Of a DNA stretch of 64,000 bases, positions 9,346-20,548 are shown piece after piece. Position 1 is the first letter of the stretch. Each line of letters begins with the position of its first letter. The notes beneath the pieces were generated by a model. It saw only the letters and a list, made by a program, of their open reading frames with translations. It was not told where the DNA came from and made no database searches. The position numbers and the translations under genes were made by a program. Source of the DNA: a virus. Location of the stretch: the IMG/VR virus record IMGVR_UViG_3300043409_002481, positions 1-64,000 of that record. One strand, 5' to 3'.

Positions 9346-9801
9346 ATGCTAATTTTTGAGATTGAGCAAAAGCCAAAATATAAACCTGTAACCGTCTTTG
9401 GTGTTGAAATCCCATTACTAGGGGAGCTAACTGTAGATGAAGTGATTGCAGTCGATAAAGCGATCGCTGTTGACATTAGCTCAACCAGTGCCAACACTGA
9501 ATGGAAAATCGTACAGGTATCAGCATGGCTAGCAGCTCGATTATCTGTAAGCCGTGAAGAAATTACAGCACAGCTCAAAAAGTCAATACCTTTAATCGAG
9601 GCTTTGTGGCTAACCTTTGTCTCAGAGCGTGAGGGAATTACAGAAAGCTATGAACTTGATGAACCTGTGACGGAGGGAAAGGAAGACGATCCAACCGTAC
9701 CGTTAAAGACATCGAAGAAGAATGGAACGCGATCTACCTCAAACTCACATCAAGTAGCTTTGCTCCAAAATTCAGAGATGGATTTGGACAGCAACGAATA
9801 A
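9346..9801 (+). CDS. Tail assembly chaperone (gpG-like)
   Basis: Between tube and tape measure; in-frame G GGA AAG slippery site at 9675-9681. Confidence 0.8.
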   Translation: MLIFEIEQKPKYKPVTVFGVEIPLLGELTVDEVIAVDKAIAVDISSTSANTEWKIVQVSAWLAARLSVSREEITAQLKKSIPLIEALWLTFVSEREGITESYELDEPVTEGKEDDPTVPLKTSKKNGTRSTSNSHQVALLQNSEMDLDSNE

Positions 9802-10094
9802 GTGTAATCAGATCGCATCTTGCTTATATCAATGAGCAAGAGTTACAGCGATCGACTGAGTTAGAGGTGATTGCAGCGCGAAACACCCTAGCTACTGGTG
9901 ATTTTAAAGACCGTGAGAAAGCATTCCGATCGCTTACTCCATCATTACAAGCATTACGTAGATCGCAAGCTAAAAAGCGGATGAGTGTTGGCTTTGCTAA
10001 GAAATTCGCAAAGCTATTTAAAGAGGGCAAGATTCCGAATTGGGTAGTTGAGATTTGCGATTTTGAGACGATTGAATTATTAGCGGGTGATTGA
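9346..10094 (+). CDS. Tail assembly chaperone, -1 frameshift product (gpGT-like)
   Basis: -1 frame is open from 9675 through ORF 9867..10094. Confidence 0.8.
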
Positions 10095-10095
10095 T

Positions 10096-13000
10096 ATGGC
10101 TGATGAGAATTATGCAATAAGAGTGAGTTTTGATGGCATCGACAAAGCGATCGGTGACATCAAAACTTTGCAATCCGCGATCGGTAATATCAAAGCACCC
10201 GTTTTAAATTTGGGCGGTGCGGAATCATCCAAAATTGCTGAGGCATCTCTCAAAAAACTACAGCTAGAAGTTGATGCACTAGAAGCAAAGAAAGCGCAAA
10301 GCGCTGCTAACGATCTGAATCGTGCTAACCAAGTAGCAGCTAAGCAAGAGGCTAATGGCGCAAAATTACTAGCTCAACTTGAGAGACAGGAAGCAGTTAG
10401 CCAAAGGCGATTAACCCAAGGCAATGTAAATGGCAATAATGCTGAAGATAAAGTCGCTGTTCGCAATGCCAAGATTTATGAGGAGCAAATCAGATTAAAG
10501 CAGCAATTAAATGCTATTCAAAACACAGCTTTTAGTGATGCTGACAGAGCTAGAGCGGAGGCTTTTGCTAACTCAATCAATAAAGTTAATGTTGAGAAAA
10601 TCAACAAAGAATTTGCAGCGACAAATGTCGGTACTCGTACCTTTATCGGCAATATGCAAGATGCGAGCGCACAGCTCCAAGTGCTTGCAGGTAAGCTAAA
10701 CGAGATTAAAGGTAGCGCACAAACAGCATTTTTAGAGCTAGATACTGCCAGAAAGAAATTATCAACAATCAGCGATGACGCTAACGGGCTTGTAAAAGCT
10801 TTAGCTAATGTTGCCAAGGAAAACGCAAACCAAGCCACTACAGCTCAATTAGCAGGGGCTGCGTATGAAGTTCAATCGGCTGGCTTTGCCAAAACTGCTG
10901 ACACGACCAAGATCCTCGAAGCATCATTAAGAGGCTCTGTTGGTGGATTTTCTGACGTAACTACAGTATCCAAGGCGGCAATTTCTGTACTCAATGCTTA
11001 TGGATTGGGGGCAGATCAGGCGGCTGCTACCATCGATAAATTTACAGCCGTTCAACAATCTGGTTTGATTACGGTTGACCAGTATGCTTCGCAGATCTCG
11101 CGAGTCGCTCCTGTAGCGGCGGCGGCGGGTGTATCGTTGGATCAACTCAATGGATTTATTGCCACTGCGACAGCTTCTGGTGTGCCTGTTGAATCTACAT
11201 TTAGCGGACTAAGACAAGCTTTAGCATCGACAATCAAGCCATCGGCACAAGCCACCGAAGAAGCGAAAAGATTAGGCATTCAGTTTGATGCGACTGCATT
11301 GAGAACCAAGGGGCTTAATGGTATTCTTGCTGATGTTAAAAACTCAGGACTGGCTACTGGCGACTCATTCAGTAAGCTATTTGGCAGTATTGAAGCTGTA
11401 GCAGCAATTCAACCAGCTATTAATGATTTAGGTAAGCTAGAAGCAAATATCAAGGCAAGCGGCGAAAGTGCAGGACTAACCGATAAGAACTTTAACAAAG
11501 CAAAATCATCTCTTAAAGGATTTGCTAACGAAGCTCAGGACGCACTTGCAACTTTGGGCGAAAGGATTAACCAGACCGCAAACTTTAACCCATTGGTATT
11601 AAGTGCGAGAGCTTTGGTTTCAGCTTTTCAGGCATTACCAGAACCAGCTCAAAACATTATTGCGATCGTCGTAGGATTGGGTGCTAGTTTTGTAGCGATT
11701 TCGGCTGCAATTACTGGTACTTTAGCAGTCGTCACCCCGACGATCGCTGCTTTTAAATTACTAGCAGGGGCAATCGTTGAGAAGACTGTTGCAGAAAATG
11801 CATCAGTAGCAGCTACCACAAGGTCAACGGCTGCTGTTGTTTCTCAAGGTGTTGCACAAGGCGCGACAGCCATCAAAACTAAAGCTAGCGCGATCGCGAC
11901 TGGCTTATATAGCCTTGCTACCACAAAGGTTACGGGTGATTTAATTCTAACTAATGCCCAATTAGCGATCAAGAATGTGCAACTAGGGTTGGTTGCTGCT
12001 AAGACAGCGATCGCCACAGGCGCGACGGCTTTATATTCTGGTGCTACGAATATACTTACGGGATCGTTAACGGCTGCTACAGGGGCGGCTAGTGCTTTGA
12101 TTATCCCTTTAGGTTTAGCGGCTGCCGCTGCTGGTGTTTTGTTCGCACAAATCAAAGCAAACCAGATCGCTGAATCGTTGGATGCACTTAACGCGACAGG
12201 TGTAGGCGTAAAAACTTTAGGTGATGAAGCAATTAGATCTGCTACCAAGGCTCAAACATTTAGTAACCAATTAAAAGGACTAACTGCTGATGGTAAAAAA
12301 GCCAGTGAGCAGCAAATCACTGACGCAAAAAATCTAGTAAAAGCCAATGAAGAAAGATTAAAGGCGATCGCTGAGCAAGAAAATAAAATCAAACAAGGTG
12401 GCGCGATTGATGAGACTAAAGGCACTCGCGAAGCTCAGCTATTAGATCTTAAGCAATCAGAAAATGCTTTAAAAGGACAAAACGACACACTCAAGGAGCA
12501 AATCAAATTAAATGAAACTAATGCAACTGCATCGGCAAAATTTGGGGCGGCTGCACAAGTAAATACCGAGGAACTCAAAAAACAAGCGATCGCACTAAAG
12601 GAAACCCAAAACCAAGACGCTGAAAAAGGTATCAAGCGCTCCTTTGATGATGGCAAGGCTAAACGCGATCGCGAGAATGCTGATGCAATCAAAGCAATCG
12701 AAGAGAAAAATGCACTCGCTAAAGGTGAACTAGATCGCAAGCAAGCGCTAGAAACTGAAGCGCTGAAAGAACGTCAAACCCTAGCTCTACAAGACAAGCA
12801 AAGGGCTTTTGATGAGACTCAGAACGCTAAAAAACTACAACTTGAAGATGCTCTTGACGCTAAAAAACGTGCAAATGAGGAGAAACTTAACGCGCTTAAA
12901 CAAGCATTTGACGATAAGCAAAACGCGCTCAAGGAGCAACGAGCAGAGAAGCAACGCAAAGATGATGAGGCATTTGCTAAGGCGCGTTCAGAACGTGATA

Positions 13001-14091
13001 AACAAGCATCTGAGGCTTTATCAGGTGCTAAGCAACTAATCAGTAACGAAGGTACGATCGCCACTGCCAAACCAGAAGATCGGGCTAAGATTGCGGCGCA
13101 ACTTGAAGAAGAAAACCGCATCAGAGCGCAGGCGGCGCAACAAGGTCAAGGCGGTGTGCAAAGTCAAGAGCAGTTAGTTGCACAAGCCAAGCAAATCGCG
13201 CAAGTATCAGCGATCGCCACGGGTGAAGAGCAGAAAAAAGTACAGCTTGCATTAGATGAGTTGGAGAAAGCAAATAAAGCTAAGCAAGCTGAAATTGATA
13301 AAGCTGAGGATGCAAAACGTACTGAAGAAAAACGAGCTAGTGACAAAGCTTTTGAAGCTGAGCTAAATGCGTCTAAACTCGCTTTCGATGCTGAGCAAAA
13401 CACCGCAAAACTCAACTTTGAGAACACTGTACTCAAACCTGAAAAACAAAAAATCGAAGCTGAGTTACAAGCGAGTAAATTAGCCTTTGAACGTGGCGAA
13501 TTAGCAGCGCTCAAAACACAGCAAGCAGCCGATGAACGGGCGCTTAAACTACAACAAACTAACGAGGATTTAGCAGCTAAGAAAGCGGCTGACGCTGAGT
13601 TAGAGTCGATTAAGCTAGCTCAAAAAGAGAAAGAGTTAGCACTAGATCGCGCCTTTGAAGATGCAAAGATTGAACGTGAGAGAGCATTTAAGGAGCAACA
13701 AAGGGCGCTAGACAAAGCATCTGCAATCGAGATACAGCAAATCCTTGGTAAGTCTGCACAGCAAATTATTAGCGCTTTGACATTGGCAACTAAAGGTGGT
13801 ACATCACTTAGCGCCGCTACTGGTGTTGGTGCTCCTAAACTTCCGTCATTTAGTGAAGGTGTTACCAATTTTAAAGGCGGTTTAGCTTTGGTGCATCAAG
13901 GCGAAGCGCTAGTAAATTTACCTAGAGGATCAGACGTTATTCCTGCCAATCAAACCAAGCAGATCATGAATAATAATTCGGGCGGTAACAAAACCTATAA
14001 CGTAAATGTGACGACTGGCGGCGGCGATCCTACTGAGATCGCCTTGCAGATTCAGAGAGAGATGGCGCGATCGGCGGCGTTGAGTAGTTAA
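10096..14091 (+). CDS. Tail tape measure protein
   Basis: About 1330 aa, Ala/Gln/Lys-rich helical; TP901-type core; C-terminal GLALVHQGEALVNLPRGSDVIP motif. Confidence 0.92.
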   Translation: MADENYAIRVSFDGIDKAIGDIKTLQSAIGNIKAPVLNLGGAESSKIAEASLKKLQLEVDALEAKKAQSAANDLNRANQVAAKQEANGAKLLAQLERQEAVSQRRLTQGNVNGNNAEDKVAVRNAKIYEEQIRLKQQLNAIQNTAFSDADRARAEAFANSINKVNVEKINKEFAATNVGTRTFIGNMQDASAQLQVLAGKLNEIKGSAQTAFLELDTARKKLSTISDDANGLVKALANVAKENANQATTAQLAGAAYEVQSAGFAKTADTTKILEASLRGSVGGFSDVTTVSKAAISVLNAYGLGADQAAATIDKFTAVQQSGLITVDQYASQISRVAPVAAAAGVSLDQLNGFIATATASGVPVESTFSGLRQALASTIKPSAQATEEAKRLGIQFDATALRTKGLNGILADVKNSGLATGDSFSKLFGSIEAVAAIQPAINDLGKLEANIKASGESAGLTDKNFNKAKSSLKGFANEAQDALATLGERINQTANFNPLVLSARALVSAFQALPEPAQNIIAIVVGLGASFVAISAAITGTLAVVTPTIAAFKLLAGAIVEKTVAENASVAATTRSTAAVVSQGVAQGATAIKTKASAIATGLYSLATTKVTGDLILTNAQLAIKNVQLGLVAAKTAIATGATALYSGATNILTGSLTAATGAASALIIPLGLAAAAAGVLFAQIKANQIAESLDALNATGVGVKTLGDEAIRSATKAQTFSNQLKGLTADGKKASEQQITDAKNLVKANEERLKAIAEQENKIKQGGAIDETKGTREAQLLDLKQSENALKGQNDTLKEQIKLNETNATASAKFGAAAQVNTEELKKQAIALKETQNQDAEKGIKRSFDDGKAKRDRENADAIKAIEEKNALAKGELDRKQALETEALKERQTLALQDKQRAFDETQNAKKLQLEDALDAKKRANEEKLNALKQAFDDKQNALKEQRAEKQRKDDEAFAKARSERDKQASEALSGAKQLISNEGTIATAKPEDRAKIAAQLEEENRIRAQAAQQGQGGVQSQEQLVAQAKQIAQVSAIATGEEQKKVQLALDELEKANKAKQAEIDKAEDAKRTEEKRASDKAFEAELNASKLAFDAEQNTAKLNFENTVLKPEKQKIEAELQASKLAFERGELAALKTQQAADERALKLQQTNEDLAAKKAADAELESIKLAQKEKELALDRAFEDAKIERERAFKEQQRALDKASAIEIQQILGKSAQQIISALTLATKGGTSLSAATGVGAPKLPSFSEGVTNFKGGLALVHQGEALVNLPRGSDVIPANQTKQIMNNNSGGNKTYNVNVTTGGGDPTEIALQIQREMARSAALSS

Positions 14092-14694
14092 AATATCTAA
14101 AAGCTAAGGTGAAGCGATGACAACTTTTAATCTACAACTCGAAGATAAAATCTACAAAATCGATCTGTATCCAGAAGTGCGAGTTGCTATAACCCGTCAC
14201 ATGGTGCAGCTATACACAGAGTTTTGCGCTGTGAATCCTAATAAGCCAGTGACCTTTGATGAGTATCTAGATTTTGTAGCAACGCAGTCACATCCCGAAA
14301 ATCATAGCCAAATAGTTGAGGCTGAAGTTATAAGCGACGATGAGATTAATATTTTGTGCGACCAAATGCGGCGCAAAGATAAGATGATCGATGCATTGCT
14401 AGAGGCGATCGGTAAGATGAAGTGATATCTAAATACTAAACAGAGTTGAGAGATCTATAACTTTCCCTAATCTATTTAGACAACCTTTGCGACCTCGACT
14501 GATAACAATTTGGCAACACCTTGTATAATGCAAATCCTTATTAGATACAGGTATATGCCGATTGCGATCGGCTGATAAGGAGATATTACCGTTAGTCTCT
14601 TCAGCGCCGCAAATATCGCAAACTTGCATAATCTTGTTTTGATAGGTTAGTTAATTATTGCAAGTATCTCGCAGGATTTTGTATAGGAAATTAC

Positions 14695-14734
14695 GCAACA
14701 AAAAAGCCGATCAAGCGATCGGCTTTTTTGTTGC
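14695..14734. terminator. Bidirectional terminator
   Basis: GCAACAAAAAAGCCGATC...GATCGGCTTTTTTGTTGC. Confidence 0.85.
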
Positions 14735-14941
14735 AAGGGGTGACTCACCGCTAAGAATAGGGTTTAACCTTGCATGGTTATTTTAGCTTAATCCCGAATT
14801 AACTTATGCTCTAATTCTGGATAATGCTTACGGATTGCTTGCTTTGTGAATTGTGTTGTATCAATGGGGAACGGATTATATACTTTGGGTTTGGGATCTG
14901 CCCTTGGTAGTATTTGCGTGATGTCGAATTGTTCCATGATG

Positions 14942-15724
14942 TTAACCGATTAACATCTGCCAATTTTTAACATCGCGCAAATAAGCGATCGCCTTGTCAG
15001 AACATTCCGATGGCACATAATCGGTAATGATTTTACGAGGTGCAGAGCCTAGTAAACTTTCACCTGTCTGAGCTTCAATTGCTTCTAAAACCTCTTTAAC
15101 GGCTTTACCTGTCTTAAAAGTAATCCCATAGCGTGATTTCATGTAGTCTTTGAGTTGAGCGCACGTTTGACCAATGTATTTAACTTGTTGCCCGTCGCGA
15201 TCGTCAAAGACTTCGATTGTCGGTTTCTCAATCTCGACTACTGCATCAGATTTACCCTCTAGCATCAAAGCAATAGGCAACCCATGAAGCGCGATTCTGT
15301 TATCTTGCCTTGTTGACCATTCAAGCATCAGACGCATATTCTCGTTGGCAAGTTCAAGCTCACGGATACGATCGTTTTGTTTTGGGATAACAGCCCTGAT
15401 AATTTGCTTAGCTTCAGAAAAAGCAGCTACTAAATCTAATTTGCAATCAACAACAGCATCAGTATTTTTACTGAATGTCATCAAAGTAGTAGCCTGATTT
15501 TCTGTGAGTAGTGCATATTTCTCAGGACGACCGCCCTGACTACCTTCTATGGGTTTATCGATTTCAAATCGCACAACCCCAAAACGATCTTCGATCCTTG
15601 TCTGGTAACGTTTTAGAGTCTTCATGAAACTCTGATGCTCAATATTTAATCTCGCAGCAATCAAACGGGAATCTACAACTAGATCACCGTTTTGCTCAGT
15701 AACTTGTAAACTTGAATTAGACAT
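14942..15724 (-). CDS. Rha-family phage regulatory protein
   Basis: VVDSRLIA...GGRPEKYALLTENQATTLMTFSKNT...KLDLVAAF. Confidence 0.85.
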   Translation of the reverse strand: MSNSSLQVTEQNGDLVVDSRLIAARLNIEHQSFMKTLKRYQTRIEDRFGVVRFEIDKPIEGSQGGRPEKYALLTENQATTLMTFSKNTDAVVDCKLDLVAAFSEAKQIIRAVIPKQNDRIRELELANENMRLMLEWSTRQDNRIALHGLPIALMLEGKSDAVVEIEKPTIEVFDDRDGQQVKYIGQTCAQLKDYMKSRYGITFKTGKAVKEVLEAIEAQTGESLLGSAPRKIITDYVPSECSDKAIAYLRDVKNWQMLIG

Positions 15725-15810
15725 ATAGCCTCGCTATTAGGTTATGTGGATAGCTTGCGTGATAACAAGCTGTAGGCGATTACTGTGATAAAGGTAGTCG
15801 CCTTAATATT

Positions 15811-16026
15811 TTAGCATTTTTCAGCTTTTATCTTAGCTCTTGACTCTGCTTGCTTTAGTCGCATGTATTGCTTGCCATCATCCGTTTTAAGCCAACAGGC
15901 GCGGCAAATAGTGAGAGGCGAGTCTGATCTGAGTTGGCGATCGCATTGCGTACAGTAGTAGCGTGGTTTGTCTGCTGTACGCTTTAGATAGGCGGCGCGA
16001 TCTATTTCGGCGCGTGATTTAGGCAT
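15811..16026 (-). CDS. Small Cys4 zinc-finger protein, paralog of 718..927
   Basis: CTQC...CRACWLKTDDGKQYMRLKQ; last gene of a promoter-led cassette. Confidence 0.75.
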   Translation of the reverse strand: MPKSRAEIDRAAYLKRTADKPRYYCTQCDRQLRSDSPLTICRACWLKTDDGKQYMRLKQAESRAKIKAEKC

Positions 16027-16508
16027 TTTTACTTTGCCCATGTAAAAGTTTTTGATTGATTTCTACATATTCCAACTCAGAAATAAATTCTGGGTTGTCG
16101 GTTTTATAGTCTGGAAGTAAATTAATCAATTCAGCGATTGCATTACAGTAATGTTGATCGCTAGAGCAAGGGGCGCAATCTGCTTTTATTCTCATTAAAA
16201 GCAGATTGTTTAAAACTTTAAGCAGAGATTTGTGCATATTTAGCGCTCTTTGCGATTTCAGTAATTAGTAAATTAGCTGCGGGGCTGCAATCAGTAATTT
16301 TTAGTAGTCTTTTCAAAGCTCTATAAGTTCTAGCTACAACCTTGCCAGACTCATCGCGAAAACTTCTACCTACTCCAATGAGCTTGCTGTCTGGGGTGAA
16401 AGAGAATGCTTGCAATGTTTCGTCATGCTCTTGAGGTGTAGCACCCGTAGATACATAAATAAAATGACCGTTTTTTTGGAAGCAATATTCAACTTGTAAT
16501 GTTTTCAT
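16019..16508 (-). other. Two coupled hypothetical accessory genes (16218..16508, 16019..16237)
   Basis: Overlapping ORFs downstream of a TTGACA promoter. Confidence 0.6.
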
Positions 16509-16524
16509 TGTCTTTTGCCTTGCA

Positions 16525-16570
16525 TGTTTAACTCAATGATCTATTATTGATCGATATCCTGTATTTGTCA
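16525..16570 (-). promoter_or_regulatory. Promoter/leader sharing 30 identical bp with 39524-39553
   Basis: TTGACA-17 nt-AATAAT; TCGATCAATAATAGATCATTGAGTTAAACA. Confidence 0.75.
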
Positions 16571-16775
16571 ACTACTATTTACAACTAATTTAGACACAAA
16601 AAAGACGACCTTGCGATCGCCTTCAAATTCTCAAAAAATCATTACAAATCCACAAATCAAAAAACAATCGGCTTTTTAGTTCGCTCCTTAGAATCTAGGT
16701 CAGTCGAAATTTAACGCGATCAAAATGTAGCATAGATTGATGTGCGATAATTAATCAAAATCCCTTGACTTACTC

Positions 16776-17405
16776 ATGGCAAAGTACTGGCTAGACACTG
16801 AATTTATTGAAGACGGCAAAACTATAGATTTGATTTCTATCGGTATTGTTTGCGAAGATGGGCGCAAATATTACGCGATTAATAGTTGGTGTGACTTTTC
16901 CAAGGCTAGTCAGTGGGTCAAGGAAAATGTTATAGCCAAATTACCTGATTCATTTGTTAATCCTCAAACCGCATCACCGTCAGAAGTTGAGGGAATGTTT
17001 TACTGGAAGGATAAACCGACGATCGCTAAAGAAGTCGCTGAGTTTTTTGAGTGCATTGGCAATCCAGAGTCAATTATTGATGATGGCTTATACCCTCGCT
17101 TTATGCGATGGCTAGGGTTTTCAAGTGTAGGAATTAAATTAAAATATCACTGGGAATGCGCAGAAAAGCCCGAAATTTGGGCTTACTATGCAGATTATGA
17201 TTGGGTCGTATTCTGTCAACTTTTTGGCGCAATGATGGATTTACCCAAAGGATTCCCCATGTATTGCCGTGATATTAAACAAGAATGCGATCGCCTTGGT
17301 AATCCTAAATTACCAGAGCAAGGCAAGGGTGAACACGATGCCTTAGCTGATGCTCTTTGGAATAAACAAGCTTATGAATTTTTGCAAGGTGTAGTGGTAA
17401 AGTAA
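16776..17405 (+). CDS. DEDDh 3'-5' exoribonuclease (Rv2179c/RNase AS-like)
   Basis: LDTEFIEDG..IDLISIGIV, YADYDWV, HDALADA motifs. Confidence 0.85.
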   Translation: MAKYWLDTEFIEDGKTIDLISIGIVCEDGRKYYAINSWCDFSKASQWVKENVIAKLPDSFVNPQTASPSEVEGMFYWKDKPTIAKEVAEFFECIGNPESIIDDGLYPRFMRWLGFSSVGIKLKYHWECAEKPEIWAYYADYDWVVFCQLFGAMMDLPKGFPMYCRDIKQECDRLGNPKLPEQGKGEHDALADALWNKQAYEFLQGVVVK

Positions 17406-18139
17406 TGGCTGCAGGCGATCTCACACTCGTATATTTTGGGCGTAGCTATACCTTTACATTTAGTGGTAGCGCCATAACCCCATCGACGCAAGTATTTGCG
17501 GTTGACGATATCGTGCGCTTTACCACCACAGGCACATTACCAACGGGATTAGCGTTAAACACTAGCTATTATGTCGCGAGTGTAGGCGCAACGATTACCG
17601 TATCAGCTACGCAGGGGGGATCGGCTATAAGTCTTAGCGGTGGCAGTGGTACGCACTCGATTCGCGTTTACCTGAGTGTGGTATTTAGGAATTTTAGCTC
17701 TGATTCTCCACCGCCCCGCCAAAGTTCTCGACTATCAGGAAATGGGACTTTTAGCGTAAATGGTGCTTTTGTTGATACGGGCATAAGCTTTGAAGATCCT
17801 CAGCAATATAATATTCAGTCAAAAGTATCTATTGCTGATGCGCTAAAGCTTAAAGCGATGTGGACTACTGCTAATAATATAAGGCGCGAAGCTCAAGTGC
17901 TAACGGGTTCGCCATACTTAGAATTGATTGATGAAATTACTTTATATTTTGAGGAAGGGAAAACATCAGCAACCAAAACGCGATCATCTGTTGGCACTCC
18001 CTTTCAGCAAAATGGCGGTGTAAATTATTACCCTAAGCTGCAAGTAAAAATGCCAATCGAGCCAACGTTTAGCCCAGATACTGGCGTTGGTAATGTGATG
18101 GCGGTGTTTGAATTACAGGAAACGGGGGTTAAAATATGA
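17405..18139 (+). CDS. Tail tip protein (distal-tail-like)
   Basis: Position after tape measure; beta-rich FTTTGTLPTGLALNTSYYV virion module. Confidence 0.6.
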   Translation: MAAGDLTLVYFGRSYTFTFSGSAITPSTQVFAVDDIVRFTTTGTLPTGLALNTSYYVASVGATITVSATQGGSAISLSGGSGTHSIRVYLSVVFRNFSSDSPPPRQSSRLSGNGTFSVNGAFVDTGISFEDPQQYNIQSKVSIADALKLKAMWTTANNIRREAQVLTGSPYLELIDEITLYFEEGKTSATKTRSSVGTPFQQNGGVNYYPKLQVKMPIEPTFSPDTGVGNVMAVFELQETGVKI

Positions 18140-20154
18140 CCGTTAATCTAAGCTCTCGCAATTTTTCTTTAACGATTGCTGGAGTAGATCGCACATCAGA
18201 ACTCGATTCCATCACCCTCTCGCAACCATCAACATTAGAGCAGCGTCATGCACCAACTACAGGATCGATAACTTTAACTTTTAACCCTCTCAGATATAAC
18301 GAATTTATAACTATTGGCAATCCTACAACAGCAGCTAATTGGGCGGTAGAGGCGGCTGTAGTTTATCAAGTTGCTAATGATTCAGGAACGCTCGTTAATT
18401 ATTTTACTGGCTTTATCCTCAAGGAGCCATCACCGCCAAATATAGGCTTTAACGAGGGGACATTACAGATTGATGTTGGTGATATCCTTGCTTATCAAAG
18501 TCAACGCACAGTCGATCGCGATGTCTCTGGCGTAACGATTGGTACTAATACCGATCGCGACGAGATTGTGGTTAGAGTGCTGGAAGATGCGGGAATTACA
18601 GCTCACTCTATCCCCTCACTTGGATACCCATTCAATACACCAATCCAAAAAACAGGCGGATCGCCTATTAAGTTTGTAGGCGATTTAGTAGGAGCCGATC
18701 GCCATGTGCTTTACTGCAATGCATCAGGCACGGTAATAGCGTCGCCTATTGATTTAGCTGCTACAGCGATCGCTACCCTCACAATTGGGCAAGATGAGGA
18801 AAAGTTTCCCCCTGTTGATGGCTCTTCTATTCCCACGGTTACAGAGCTTACGATTTCGGGTGTAGTGCAAGAGCCTGACCAAGGCGAATACCCGATCCTG
18901 TCGGTTTTAGAGCGCTATATAACTTATCGATCATTAGGGTTTTCTGCCGAATATCGAGTGCTAGTGAATCGCACGACAGAGGATATTCAGTCTGAAAATT
19001 ACAAAGCTTCTTATTCGGAAATACATTATTCTGTGATTGAAGCCGATCTGTTGCAAGGATTTGTACTGAGAGAGGGGGATTACTTTGCAATAAATTTACA
19101 AGAAGAGTTTACAGAATTTGATTTGCTTTTTAGGCTTAAACGAAAAACTTTAAAAAGATATTTAAGATTTAGCGTTGTTTCTAATTTAGTTGAAGTCAGT
19201 TTTCTAACTCCATTTTTAGAAAGCTATAGAGAGGTTGAAGAATACGAATACAACGAAGAGACAGGCGCGATTGCGGAAATTAAAACCACTATTTTTTATG
19301 GTGAGGTCACAACCACTAGCGTGAGTGCTAGCCTTACCTTGAACACCATAACCCGCACTGCATATCAGAAAAATGGAACTTTTTGGGCTAAAACAGTAAC
19401 CACGGAGCTGAACATTCAACCGCCTGACGTGTTTGCTGGTAACGAACGGAGGAATATAACAATTAATGGCGCTGTATTTCCTGTTGTAGGCTGCGTGGAT
19501 AATTTACAGCCTACAACAGAAGAAAGCACAAGTGTAATAGAGACTAAAAACGACAGCTCAACCCGCCCACCATCAATCACCTATAGCGAGGCAGTAAAAA
19601 CCAGAAACAAAGAAGTATCAGCAACAGTAACCGCAATCCCTTTAGCTGGTGTGCCTAGCAAAGAGAAACACGAGCCTCTAACTGTGGATTGGCTAACTAG
19701 CGATGCGCAAGCTCTTGAGTATGGACAATTAGAGATAGTGCTGATTAATGGGCGCAAACAATGCCGATTTATGGTCACAGCATTGACTGATGTCCTCTTA
19801 ACTTTGCGCCCTCGCAGTAGAATTGATATTGTTTTTAACGGGATTTTGTACAGGTGCTTAGCAGATGCGATTACATTTAGTCAAGATTTGACTAAGCGAA
19901 GCATCGGCTTTATGTGCGATGTCATCTCGACTAGCCCTGCTGATACGCCTAGCACGGTTTATCGTCCTGTTACTCCAATACTCTCTCTAAGAGGAGCTAT
20001 AACTATTGATGCGATCGCTTCGGGAGAATTTACTCAATCCTTTGATGTTGGCACGATCATTATTGATGCTGTTGTCAATGGAGTATTAGCGGTACAAGGT
20101 CAGATTGATGGTGAAATCACTATTGATGTAATCACTTTTGGAATATTAAATTAG
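18136..20154 (+). CDS. Tail tip/hub protein
   Basis: 672 aa, Thr-rich, coupled in tail operon. Confidence 0.6.
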   Translation: MTVNLSSRNFSLTIAGVDRTSELDSITLSQPSTLEQRHAPTTGSITLTFNPLRYNEFITIGNPTTAANWAVEAAVVYQVANDSGTLVNYFTGFILKEPSPPNIGFNEGTLQIDVGDILAYQSQRTVDRDVSGVTIGTNTDRDEIVVRVLEDAGITAHSIPSLGYPFNTPIQKTGGSPIKFVGDLVGADRHVLYCNASGTVIASPIDLAATAIATLTIGQDEEKFPPVDGSSIPTVTELTISGVVQEPDQGEYPILSVLERYITYRSLGFSAEYRVLVNRTTEDIQSENYKASYSEIHYSVIEADLLQGFVLREGDYFAINLQEEFTEFDLLFRLKRKTLKRYLRFSVVSNLVEVSFLTPFLESYREVEEYEYNEETGAIAEIKTTIFYGEVTTTSVSASLTLNTITRTAYQKNGTFWAKTVTTELNIQPPDVFAGNERRNITINGAVFPVVGCVDNLQPTTEESTSVIETKNDSSTRPPSITYSEAVKTRNKEVSATVTAIPLAGVPSKEKHEPLTVDWLTSDAQALEYGQLEIVLINGRKQCRFMVTALTDVLLTLRPRSRIDIVFNGILYRCLADAITFSQDLTKRSIGFMCDVISTSPADTPSTVYRPVTPILSLRGAITIDAIASGEFTQSFDVGTIIIDAVVNGVLAVQGQIDGEITIDVITFGILN

Positions 20155-20164
20155 GAGAATCAAA

Positions 20165-20548
20165 ATGGGACATGGCAACGCATTTGGAGATGATCAGGCG
20201 CAAAACATTCAGATAGCGATCGATCAAGGAACGGGCGCTGGTAAACTCAAGATTTATACCGCGGCTTTTGCAACCTTATTGGTCAATTTTACATTACCAG
20301 ATCCTTGCGCTCCCTCAGTCGTGACTAACTCAAAAAAGATAGTCTTTAATGCCATCACGCCTGTAAATGCGGCGGCATCAGGCACGGCAGCAGCCTATCG
20401 ATTGACCGATAGCGACGACGTAACTATTTATGAGCAAGATAATCAAGTAGGGGTAAATGGCAGTGGTAGACAGCTAATTATGAATACTACAACAATTACT
20501 TCTGGTGTACCTCAAAACGTTGTTAGCCTTGAAATTGGCTATGCATAA
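20165..20548 (+). CDS. Virion structural protein
   Basis: GAGKLKIYT...AAASGTAAAYRLTDSD pattern common in phage tail proteins; AGGAG RBS. Confidence 0.6.
   Translation: MGHGNAFGDDQAQNIQIAIDQGTGAGKLKIYTAAFATLLVNFTLPDPCAPSVVTNSKKIVFNAITPVNAAASGTAAAYRLTDSDDVTIYEQDNQVGVNGSGRQLIMNTTTITSGVPQNVVSLEIGYA

Noticed and set aside
10511-13868. Many antisense and alternate-frame ORFs within the tape measure gene
   Set aside because: Shadows of Ala/Lys/Glu codon bias; no RBS or motifs
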